DNA from: Candidatus Omnitrophota bacterium
Lineage (GTDB): Bacteria; Omnitrophota; Gorgyraeia; Zapsychrales; Zapsychraceae
Direction of reading: 5' to 3'
Assembly (NCBI GenBank): GCA_029261065.1
Contig: JAJDCB010000024.1
Span: 102,364 to 166,363 of the forward strand
DNA length: 64,000 nucleotides
Shown here piece after piece: positions 10,372-18,490 of this stretch (the stretch's first letter is position 1; the number at the start of each line of letters is the position of its first letter). The position numbers and the translations under genes were made by a program. The notes beneath the pieces are model-generated. The model was not told the origin of the DNA. It saw only the letters and a program-made list of their open reading frames with translations, and did not search any database.

Positions 10372-11487
10372 TTATTTTTCTATTGGATCATACCAAATCC
10401 TATAAATGGCATTGGCATAATCATCTGAAATAAGTAACGCCCCATCAGGCATAACTAAAACATCAACTGGGCGTCCCCAAGGCTTTTCTCCTTCTAACCA
10501 ACCTTCAGCAAAAACTTCGTAATTTACGGGCTTGTTGTTTTGAAGTGTTACTAATGTAATGCGATATCCAATCTTTTTACTTCTATTCCATGATCCATGT
10601 TCTGCTATAAAAATTTGATTGTGATAATTCTCTGGAAACATCTCTCCTGTATAAAATCTCATTCCTAAACTAGCAACATGTGGGCCCAATTCTTGGGCTG
10701 CAGGAGTAAATTCATCACATTTTTCTTTTTTTCCAAACTTTGGATCCGCAATATTTTTACCATGACAATAAGGAAAACCAAAATGCATCCCCTTCTTCGG
10801 CGCATGGTTTAGTTCATCTGGTGGGAGCTCATCTCCTAGCCTATCGCGACCATTGTCCGTAAACCACAACTCATTATTTTTGGGATGCCAGTCAAATCCA
10901 ACAGAATTACGAATTCCTTTTGCATATATTTCCTGATTTTGACCCGTTTTATCCATTCGCATAATCGAAGCAAAACGATCATCCTTTTTTTCACAAACGT
11001 TGCAAGGGGCCCCCACAGGAACATAAAGTTTTTCATCAGGTCCAAAACGAATAAATTTCCATCCATGCCATTTTTCTTTTGGGAGTTGATCATAAACAAC
11101 TATAGGTTTAGGCGGTGCTGACAGATGTTCTTCAATATTGACTAATTTCGTTATTCGACTAATTTCGCTTATATATAAATCTCCATTTTTATAAGCCACA
11201 CCATTTGGAGAATTTAGGCCTTCGGCCAAAATATATATTTGATCCGCTTTGTTATCCTTATTTCTATCAACAATGGCATAAACTTTATCTAGTTTTCGTG
11301 TTCCTACAAAAACGACACCGGAATCGCTCAAACTTAGACTTCTTGCATTAAAAACATTTTTAGCGTAAAAATCTATATGAAAACCATGGGGAAGTTTAAT
11401 TTTATCTAAGGGTGACGCATAAGTGAGGCTTACAAATGGAAGAGTATAGATAAGGAAGATGAAACTAGATCTTAGAAACACATTCAT
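10372..11487 (-). CDS. Secreted PQQ-dependent sugar dehydrogenase family protein (soluble aldose/sorbosone dehydrogenase-like beta-propeller)
   Basis: Signal peptide. Family-typical blocks (GPDGKLYV, PDGALLISDD, YGFPYCHG). Assignment by similarity recall only. Confidence 0.55.
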   Translation of the reverse strand: MNVFLRSSFIFLIYTLPFVSLTYASPLDKIKLPHGFHIDFYAKNVFNARSLSLSDSGVVFVGTRKLDKVYAIVDRNKDNKADQIYILAEGLNSPNGVAYKNGDLYISEISRITKLVNIEEHLSAPPKPIVVYDQLPKEKWHGWKFIRFGPDEKLYVPVGAPCNVCEKKDDRFASIMRMDKTGQNQEIYAKGIRNSVGFDWHPKNNELWFTDNGRDRLGDELPPDELNHAPKKGMHFGFPYCHGKNIADPKFGKKEKCDEFTPAAQELGPHVASLGMRFYTGEMFPENYHNQIFIAEHGSWNRSKKIGYRITLVTLQNNKPVNYEVFAEGWLEGEKPWGRPVDVLVMPDGALLISDDYANAIYRIWYDPIEK

Positions 11488-11494
11488 AGCAAGA

Positions 11495-11905
11495 TCATAT
11501 ATTTTTAGTTTTAGCTTTCAATTTAGGAATATTATTGTAGATAGCTTCTTTCATTTTCATAAGTTCAATGGGTTTATTAATAAAATCATTCATCCCAACA
11601 TCAAAACATTTTTCTTTAACGCCTCTTTCTGTAGAAGCTGTTAGGGCAACAATTGGCAAATCTTTACTTAATTCTTTACGAATAAATCGGGTAGTCTCTA
11701 ATCCGCTCATTTCCGGCATAAGCAAATCCATAAAACAAATATCATAATTATTTTCTTTAATTTTTTTAATGGCCTCCATCCCACTATTGGCTAAATCACA
11801 TTGACATCCTAAAACATCGATGTAGGCACTGATAACTTCACAGTTTGCGATCACATCATCTACAGCAAGTATTTTAATTTTTTTTAGTGCTTTATCTTTT
11901 TCCAT
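11495..11905 (-). CDS. Single-domain response regulator (CheY-like receiver)
   Basis: ILAVDD ... CFMDLLMPEMSG ... VALTA ... INKPI: all canonical receiver positions present. Confidence 0.85.
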   Translation of the reverse strand: MEKDKALKKIKILAVDDVIANCEVISAYIDVLGCQCDLANSGMEAIKKIKENNYDICFMDLLMPEMSGLETTRFIRKELSKDLPIVALTASTERGVKEKCFDVGMNDFINKPIELMKMKEAIYNNIPKLKAKTKNI

Positions 11906-11925
11906 TAAGTCTCCTAAAACAGCAA

Positions 11926-13065
11926 TTAATGTTTAACGAGTGTTTGTTCAATCATTCCAACAAGCTTATTACTTTCTTTTAGTAAGGGCATATTAAAAAC
12001 ATCCACATAAGTCATCTCAAAACGGGTAATACCGCCTTTACCCATAATAGAGATATTTTCTATTGTCGGTAAGAAAAAATCCCAAACCATCTGGATCGTA
12101 TTAATTTGTTTTAAATGATTCTCGTCTGTTAGAGGCGTTAAATCTAGATCCTTACTTCCCTTTTGAAAACCAAACAAAGTATCAGAAAACAAATCTTTGG
12201 AAGCATTTAATGACTTTTGGTTTTTTTCAATATCAATTGAGAGGTAAACCAATAGAATTTCTTTAGAAATTTTCTGAGCCAGCATGCGTTGTTTTCCAGC
12301 TAAATTGAGTTTACTTGAATCTTTTGTGTTACCTTCCTCAGATAACGATTGCGAATCTTTTTCATACATTAAAACTGCTTTATTCATATTTTTAAGTAGG
12401 GTAACACTTTCGATACTTATACGAACTAATTCATCTTGGGTTAATTTATTGTTTTGAACAATTTTTAAATAAATGGGTTCAATCTTTTGAAAAAGTCCAT
12501 CAACAACCTCCAACTGTTGCTTAATCTCTTTACTATAACATTCTTCAAGGGCAAGGGAATCATCCCCCTCTTTTAAAGCCGCAAGCGTTTTCTTAAAGGC
12601 CTTTAAAGTTTTATCTAATTGATCACGATTAGATTGGATATCAATGTTTGATTGAACAAATAACGCTTCTTTAGCCATTTTCTGAGATAACATGCGTTGT
12701 CGACCAGCAAGATTAAGGGTGTGAGCAAATTGTTCTTTGGAAAACATTTTAATCTCCAGGACGGGCGCTGGAGGGGCAACAACAATGGGTGCAACAGCTT
12801 CTGGAATTGTCGCCAGCTCTTCAGCTTTAGGTTCAATAACCTCTGGGGATGGAGGTGTAACCGTTGCTTCAGATATTTCTTCTGGTACTATTTCAATTAC
12901 TGCTTCAGGTATTTCTTCAGGCGTTTTTTCAACAACAACCTTTAACTCCACAGCTTGTGGCTGAACTTCTTCTGCAGCAAGCTGTGATACAAAACAATAT
13001 TGAAAAAGTATTAAACAGATAATATATTTTAATAAATCTATATTTTTTAGTTCCTTAATTTTCAT
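11926..13065 (-). CDS. Periplasmic protein with a Glu/Pro-rich repeat region and two NarX/PilJ-type P-box four-helix-bundle sensor modules; no transmitter domain
   Basis: Signal peptide. EP-rich low-complexity segment. Two copies of the nitrate-sensor P-box: LNLAGRQRMLSQKMAKEALFV and LNLAGKQRMLAQKISKEILLV. Confidence 0.6.
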   Translation of the reverse strand: MKIKELKNIDLLKYIICLILFQYCFVSQLAAEEVQPQAVELKVVVEKTPEEIPEAVIEIVPEEISEATVTPPSPEVIEPKAEELATIPEAVAPIVVAPPAPVLEIKMFSKEQFAHTLNLAGRQRMLSQKMAKEALFVQSNIDIQSNRDQLDKTLKAFKKTLAALKEGDDSLALEECYSKEIKQQLEVVDGLFQKIEPIYLKIVQNNKLTQDELVRISIESVTLLKNMNKAVLMYEKDSQSLSEEGNTKDSSKLNLAGKQRMLAQKISKEILLVYLSIDIEKNQKSLNASKDLFSDTLFGFQKGSKDLDLTPLTDENHLKQINTIQMVWDFFLPTIENISIMGKGGITRFEMTYVDVFNMPLLKESNKLVGMIEQTLVKH

Positions 13066-13187
13066 TTTCTTCTCCCTCTGTCAGATTTTTTTCATGTTTA
13101 TAATTATAGTAACGGAAATACTATTAAATAAAAGTAAAATTCATAATATTACCAGAAGTAGAAAAAAGCTATTTCATTGTATACCAA

Positions 13188-15158
13188 TTACTTATCTTCA
13201 TATTTTTGTTTTAAAGCCTGAATAACATTTGGATCTGCAAGAGTCGTTACATCGCCTAATGCGCGACCTTCTGCAACATCACGTAATAATCGTCTCATAA
13301 TTTTTCCACTTCTTGTTTTAGGAAGTTCAGGGGTAAAAATAATAATTTTAGGACGAGCTATGGCACCAATTTTTTTTGCAACGTGTTCTTTTAGTTCTGA
13401 CTCCAGACTTTCTTCCGCTGAAATTTCTTCTTTTAGAATAACAAAAGCAGCAATCGCTTGGCCCTTTATTTCGTCTGTTATCCCCACCACAGCCGCCTCA
13501 GCTACAGATGAATGATCAACCAAAGCACTTTCAACCTCCATAGTTCCAATATTATGTCCAGCCACATTCATGACATCATCAACTCTTCCTAACAACCAAA
13601 AATACCCTTCTTTATCTTTGTTAGCCCCATCTCCTGGAAAATAAGTACCATCCCATTTGCTCCAATAAGTATCCTTAAACCTTTGATCATCTCCATAAAT
13701 CCCACGCAACATCGAAGGCCATGGCCGCGTAATGGCTAAATAGCCTCCTCCTTCTGTAAGCTCTTCACCGGTTTCATTTAATACGACAGCCTTGATGCCA
13801 GGTAAAGGTCTTGTAGCTGAACCGGGTTTGGTAGCTGTTAAACCAGGCAGTGGTGAAATCATAATACTTCCTGTTTCCGTTTGCCACCACGTATCAACAA
13901 TCGGAATTTTTTCCTTACCAATCTCCTTATGATACCAAATCCAAGCCTCAGGATTAATCGGTTCGCCCACGGTTCCTAATAACTTTAATGAAGACAAGTC
14001 AATATTGTCAATCCATTGGACACCCCATTTCATAAAAGCACGAATGGCTGTTGGTGCCGTATAAAAAACAGAGGCCTTATGTCGTTCAATAATTTTCCAG
14101 AAGCGATTTTTTTCAGGATAATCCGGCGTTCCTTCATAAATCACCTGTGTGACACCATTAGCCATAGGCCCGTATACGATGTAACTATGACCTGTGATCC
14201 AACCCACATCTGCCGTACACCAAAAAATGTCATCATCCGTTAAATCAAACACCATCTTTGATGTGGCTAAAACAGATGTCATGTATCCACCTGTTGTATG
14301 AATAATTCCTTTTGGTTTCCCTGTTGTACCAGAGGTATATAAAATAAATAAGATATCTTCCGAATCCATCTCCTCAGGCGGGCAGAAGTCATCAACGTTA
14401 GTCACTAAGTCATGATACCAATAATCTCTATTTGATTTCATTTCTATAGAATTGTCACATCGCTTCACAACAACAACATTTTCAATAGAAGGGCAGTCTA
14501 AAACAGCTTCATCGCACGTGCTCTTAAGCGGTATAATTTTTCCTCGACGGAAGCCACCGTCTGCCGTTATTAATAATTTTGCTTGTGCATCATTAATTCT
14601 ACCTTTAAGAGAATCAACACTAAACCCGCCAAAAACAACCGTGTGAATTGCGCCAATCCGTGCAGCTGCCAACATCGCATAGATAGCCTCAGGAATCATA
14701 GGCATATAAATAGCAATGCGATCTCCTTTTTTAATACCCAAAGATTTATAGACATTAGCCAACTTGTTAACCGCAAGATAAACATCATCATATGTTATCG
14801 TTAATACATCTTTAGGTTTTCCTTGGTCATTGGTCGGTTCCCCCTCCCAAACCAGGGCCGTTTTAGAACCCTTTCCATTTTTGACGTGACGATCCACACA
14901 GTTATAACAAGCATTTAATTTTCCCTTTATAAACCATTTGGCATACGGCGCCTTCCATTCTAAAATTTTCTCCCATGGAGATATCCAATCTAATTTTTTT
15001 GCCCATTGAGCCCAGTATTCTTCATAATTTGAATCCGCATCTTTATAAACCGAATCGTTATTATAAAAAGCCTGAGCCTGAAAATTTTTTGATGGTACAA
15101 ATTTTCGATTTTCTTCTAATAACACATCAACTGTTTGTTTGGTTTTAGAATCAGACAT
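13188..15158 (-). CDS. acs: Acetyl-coenzyme A synthetase (AMP-forming)
   Basis: AMP-binding motif YTSGTTGKPKG. 656 aa with the typical Acs N- and C-terminal blocks. Confidence 0.95.
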   Translation of the reverse strand: MSDSKTKQTVDVLLEENRKFVPSKNFQAQAFYNNDSVYKDADSNYEEYWAQWAKKLDWISPWEKILEWKAPYAKWFIKGKLNACYNCVDRHVKNGKGSKTALVWEGEPTNDQGKPKDVLTITYDDVYLAVNKLANVYKSLGIKKGDRIAIYMPMIPEAIYAMLAAARIGAIHTVVFGGFSVDSLKGRINDAQAKLLITADGGFRRGKIIPLKSTCDEAVLDCPSIENVVVVKRCDNSIEMKSNRDYWYHDLVTNVDDFCPPEEMDSEDILFILYTSGTTGKPKGIIHTTGGYMTSVLATSKMVFDLTDDDIFWCTADVGWITGHSYIVYGPMANGVTQVIYEGTPDYPEKNRFWKIIERHKASVFYTAPTAIRAFMKWGVQWIDNIDLSSLKLLGTVGEPINPEAWIWYHKEIGKEKIPIVDTWWQTETGSIMISPLPGLTATKPGSATRPLPGIKAVVLNETGEELTEGGGYLAITRPWPSMLRGIYGDDQRFKDTYWSKWDGTYFPGDGANKDKEGYFWLLGRVDDVMNVAGHNIGTMEVESALVDHSSVAEAAVVGITDEIKGQAIAAFVILKEEISAEESLESELKEHVAKKIGAIARPKIIIFTPELPKTRSGKIMRRLLRDVAEGRALGDVTTLADPNVIQALKQKYEDK

Positions 15159-15200
15159 ATCGACTCCTATTTTTTAAAAATATCAAACTACAAATTTAAT

Positions 15201-15740
15201 CTAACGAATGAGACTTAAAACTTTCTTAAAATGTTTATGTTCGGAACTTCGTAATAACTCACATATAATCATTTCGGTGTTTGTTAGGCCAGCGCCTATT
15301 GATTTCATACGGTTGATGGCACTTTTTTTGTTAAATATTGATCTAGAAGAAACGGCATCTTCAACAACTGCAACATTATATTTTGCATTTAATAAATCGA
15401 AGGCCGTTTGATAAACACATACATGTGTTTCAATACCACATACGATAATATCTTTACGTTTCAGAGCTTCTAATCTAGCTTTAAAAGTATCATTTAAATA
15501 GCAACTAAAAGATGTCTTGCTGATAGGTTCATCCTCATCAAAATAATGTGAAATGTGATCAATGGTTTTGCCGATCTTCTCTGGTACTTGTTCTGTAAAA
15601 ATGATTGGTATCTTCAGGATACGGGCCGACTTTACAAGATTAATAATATTGTTGTAGAGCTCGCCCTTTTCAATCATTAACGAAGCAAGCTTACCTTGTA
15701 CATCAATAACCACTAATATACTGTTTTCAATTTTAAACAT
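15201..15740 (-). CDS. Isochorismatase-family cysteine hydrolase
   Basis: Family blocks ILVVIDVQ and the catalytic Cys region IIVCGIETHVCV. 179 aa. Confidence 0.8.
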   Translation of the reverse strand: MFKIENSILVVIDVQGKLASLMIEKGELYNNIINLVKSARILKIPIIFTEQVPEKIGKTIDHISHYFDEDEPISKTSFSCYLNDTFKARLEALKRKDIIVCGIETHVCVYQTAFDLLNAKYNVAVVEDAVSSRSIFNKKSAINRMKSIGAGLTNTEMIICELLRSSEHKHFKKVLSLIR

Positions 15741-15753
15741 TTTTATTAAAAAA

Positions 15754-15781
15754 GGATAACTCTAATGAAATGAAGTTATCC
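15754..15781 (-). terminator. Candidate intrinsic terminator after the upstream cheY: 8-bp stem, 12-nt loop, followed by a T6 run on the minus strand
   Basis: GGATAACT-ctaatgaaatga-AGTTATCC is a perfect inverted repeat. The minus-strand transcript then reads TTTTTTAATAAAA just before the isochorismatase ATG. Stem is AT-rich (3 GC pairs). Confidence 0.3.
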
Positions 15782-15885
15782 GATTAATACCTTAATTGTA
15801 TGTAAATAACATATTTATTTGATTTTTTTAAGCATCTGCATTTTCTTCTATTTTAATGACGTAATATCATAAAAAAATGTTCCAA

Positions 15886-16248
15886 TCAAGTTAACGCCTT
15901 AGAAATCGCCTCAAGAACTCTTGCATCATCAAATGGTTTAACAACATAATCAACAGCCCCTAAACGAATTGCTTTCATTAAGGATTCTCTTTGGTCAATG
16001 GCTGTAACCATTATAATTTTTGCAGCCTTGTCAAAGGCAAGAATTTCTTCTAAAGCTTCAATACCAGTTTTCTCAGGCATAACTATATCCATTGTAACTA
16101 AATCAGGCTTTAGATCCTTGTATAACTTCACAGCTTCTTCACCGTTGTTCGCCTCACCTACAACCTCATAACCCTGTTCTGTCACAATATTCTTTAACTT
16201 TAAACGAATGATTGGCGCATCATCAGTTAATAATAATTTTTTTGACAT
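15886..16248 (-). CDS. cheY: Chemotaxis response regulator CheY
   Basis: LLLTDD ... VTMDIVMPEKTG ... IIMVTA ... YVVKPF. 120 aa, single domain. Confidence 0.85.
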   Translation of the reverse strand: MSKKLLLTDDAPIIRLKLKNIVTEQGYEVVGEANNGEEAVKLYKDLKPDLVTMDIVMPEKTGIEALEEILAFDKAAKIIMVTAIDQRESLMKAIRLGAVDYVVKPFDDARVLEAISKALT

Positions 16249-16265
16249 AACTATGCTCCATTTTT

Positions 16266-16916
16266 CTACTTTTCTTGCGCATAAAATTTAGTGGTAGATA
16301 TCCCCAATAATCGAATTTGTTCTATAATTTTTGCCATTTCATTGACGGATAACTGAAGATTTTTTACAAGAGGCTTTAAATCCTCCCTCTCCTCATCAGA
16401 TTTGAATTGATTTAATTTAGCTTCCAAAACGTCCAAAGACCCCATTAAGACTGCTAAGGGCTGACTTATTTTATTCGTATGCTCACCTGCCACATCTAAA
16501 ATTGACTTTGCAGATGTCATTTCAATGGCAATAAGATGCGTATTGACACGAGCTATTAATTCTTCAGAAGATGTCCCCTTTTGAACAAAATCATTTGCTC
16601 CGGTTTTTAATAACATCACTCTCACATCATGTGATTCATTAGCCGTAATCATAATAACAACAATATGTTGTAACTCTGGGTTCGAACGTACCTTTTTTAA
16701 AAGTTTTTCACCATTTATATCAGGCATTTCATAGTCGCATAAAACGAGATCTACCTTATTATTTTCTAAATATTTTAACCCCTCACTACCAGAACCAGCA
16801 ACTGAAACCGTATACCCAGCCCCATCTAACATCGCTTTGTAAAGATCTCGTGAAGCCTGGGCATCATCAACAACTAATATTTTGTAATCTTTCTTTTTTC
16901 TTTTTAGAATGACCAT
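16266..16916 (-). CDS. Response regulator: N-terminal receiver plus about 90-aa C-terminal helical domain of unknown type (contains a His in ...AGEHTNKISQPLAVLMGSLDVLEAKL...)
   Basis: Receiver hallmarks ILVVDD, LVLCDYEMPDING, IMITA, FVQKG. The C-terminal region is helical/coiled-coil with no recognisable DNA-binding or enzymatic motif. Confidence 0.75.
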   Translation of the reverse strand: MVILKRKKKDYKILVVDDAQASRDLYKAMLDGAGYTVSVAGSGSEGLKYLENNKVDLVLCDYEMPDINGEKLLKKVRSNPELQHIVVIMITANESHDVRVMLLKTGANDFVQKGTSSEELIARVNTHLIAIEMTSAKSILDVAGEHTNKISQPLAVLMGSLDVLEAKLNQFKSDEEREDLKPLVKNLQLSVNEMAKIIEQIRLLGISTTKFYAQEK

Positions 16917-16943
16917 AGGTTCCTATTTTTGTTAGTAGCTCAA

Positions 16944-17351
16944 TTACACTAATTGAATATCTGATTCATTAAGCCTTGAATTTCTCAATTTTATTATTTC
17001 AATTATCTGTTTAAACATCTCCATATGAAAGGGTTTAAATATAAAATCTAGAGCCCCACTGCTTAATACTTCTTTAACTTGTGATTCTGTTGCATAACCA
17101 GCCATCATAACGGTAGTTAACAATGGATTACGCATGTGTATTGTTTTCATCAATGACATACCATTGATCATAGGAAGTCTCAGCTCTATTAAAACAACTT
17201 GATATTTCTTTTTACTCATTATTAGCATAGCTTCATCAGCATTAGAAGCAAAATCTGCACTAATATTATTAAGATTTAAATAATCAACAACGCACTTTGC
17301 AAATAATACATTGTTATCTACAACTAAAACATTGAAATCATTTGTTTTCAA
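16944..17351 (-). CDS. Atypical receiver-domain protein with Glu in place of the phospho-acceptor Asp
   Basis: Receiver fold positions VLVVDNN ... VVLIELRLPMINGMS ... TTVMMAGYAT ... IFKPF. The position equivalent to CheY Asp57 is Glu (LIELRLP). 4-bp overlap with the downstream gene. Confidence 0.7.
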   Translation of the reverse strand: MKTNDFNVLVVDNNVLFAKCVVDYLNLNNISADFASNADEAMLIMSKKKYQVVLIELRLPMINGMSLMKTIHMRNPLLTTVMMAGYATESQVKEVLSSGALDFIFKPFHMEMFKQIIEIIKLRNSRLNESDIQLV

Positions 17352-17947
17352 ATTCCAGCCCCAAAACCTAGAATGCGTTCACTCCCATCAATTGGCAGTA
17401 AATACATATGACAGTTTAATTCTGTTTCAACAATCTCAAATAAACTTTCTATTAATAAAATTTTATCTTCCTGCAAAGCCATATCCATTATTAACTCAGA
17501 GAAAAGTGTTCCAGAGAAATCACGTATAACAGAAGGTGGCTCAGGTAACATCTTTATCTGAAAGTCTGATGCAAAAACATTAGAGATGGCACTTGATAAT
17601 ATATTACCAATTTCCTGAACAGTACTTGAAACATATTCATCATATGCTTTTGTTGTACCAACCTTTTGTCCTATAAATAGATCTGTTAATATGAAAGCAT
17701 CTTCTAGTTGAACATAAAATAAAAATTTAAAGGGCGCATCGCCCGACAACAAAATAAATGATCCAATGGCCTCGAAGTCAGATTGATTTACGCTAGCCGT
17801 TATCTCTGTAATATCTACAAAATTGACATTCTTTAATTCAATTTTTGCAGTTGTGTTAAGCATCTTAGTCAATACTTCTGAGGATTTTTCAATGCTGTGT
17901 TCAGCGACTAGCTGTACCGCACGATTTACATTTTCATTTGATTCCAT
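17348..17947 (-). CDS. cheC: CheC/CheX-family CheY-P phosphatase (single recognisable active-site motif)
   Basis: S-x3-E-x2-N motif (STVQEIGN) followed by a Pro about 19-20 residues later. 199 aa. Position immediately upstream of cheD as in cheC-cheD operons. First-half motif degenerate. Confidence 0.55.
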   Translation of the reverse strand: MESNENVNRAVQLVAEHSIEKSSEVLTKMLNTTAKIELKNVNFVDITEITASVNQSDFEAIGSFILLSGDAPFKFLFYVQLEDAFILTDLFIGQKVGTTKAYDEYVSSTVQEIGNILSSAISNVFASDFQIKMLPEPPSVIRDFSGTLFSELIMDMALQEDKILLIESLFEIVETELNCHMYLLPIDGSERILGFGAGI

Positions 17948-17951
17948 TTAA

Positions 17952-18437
17952 TTAAAATTCCTCTGGTTCTTCACCAAAAACACGACAATGAACCTTACCA
18001 GTATCCAAAAAAAAATCAACTTGAACACCCTTATCTCCACCCGTTTTTGAGTTTATGATACGAATGTTGTGTTGTTTTAGAATAATTTTTGTAGCATCAA
18101 TGTTTTGTTCACCTATATTACTAGTTACCATCCTCAAAACTTTTCCTCCACCAAAAATCTTTGCCGTCAAAGAGTCTTTAGGGATTGTGTATTGTTTTTT
18201 CATTGATTCTAGTAAATCATGGATGCCTGTATCTGCAAACTTAGCACGTTTAAAAGTGGGTTTTTCATGATGACCGGATGAGTCCGGTAACATTATGTGC
18301 AGCATACCACCAATTTTTTTACTATCATCATATAAACATATGGCTATACACGAACCTAATGTTGTACGAATAACATATGGAGCTTCACCAATTTTATAGT
18401 CTCCTATACCAACGACTAACTTATTATTTTCTGTCAT
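17952..18437 (-). CDS. cheD: Chemoreceptor glutamine deamidase CheD
   Basis: VVGIGDYKIG ... LGSCIAICLYD ... GGMLHIMLPDS; catalytic Cys and His blocks present. 161 aa. Confidence 0.85.
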   Translation of the reverse strand: MTENNKLVVGIGDYKIGEAPYVIRTTLGSCIAICLYDDSKKIGGMLHIMLPDSSGHHEKPTFKRAKFADTGIHDLLESMKKQYTIPKDSLTAKIFGGGKVLRMVTSNIGEQNIDATKIILKQHNIRIINSKTGGDKGVQVDFFLDTGKVHCRVFGEEPEEF

Positions 18438-18490
18438 GTCTTAATTAGTAGTTTTGAATTTGAGATAGAATTTCGATAAGATAAACTTGT

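Noticed and set aside
12615-12964. Overlapping ORFs (both strands) inside the EP-rich region of the periplasmic P-box protein
   Set aside because: The repetitive GAA/CCA-rich coding sequence generates open alternative frames. The main frame carries the signal peptide and both P-box modules.
16266-16916. Interpreting the C-terminal domain of the REC-X protein as a HisKA phosphotransfer domain
   Set aside because: The candidate His (GEHTNKISQPL) has the wrong spacing to Pro relative to the HisKA H-box (H-E-x-R-T-P-L). Left as unknown helical domain.
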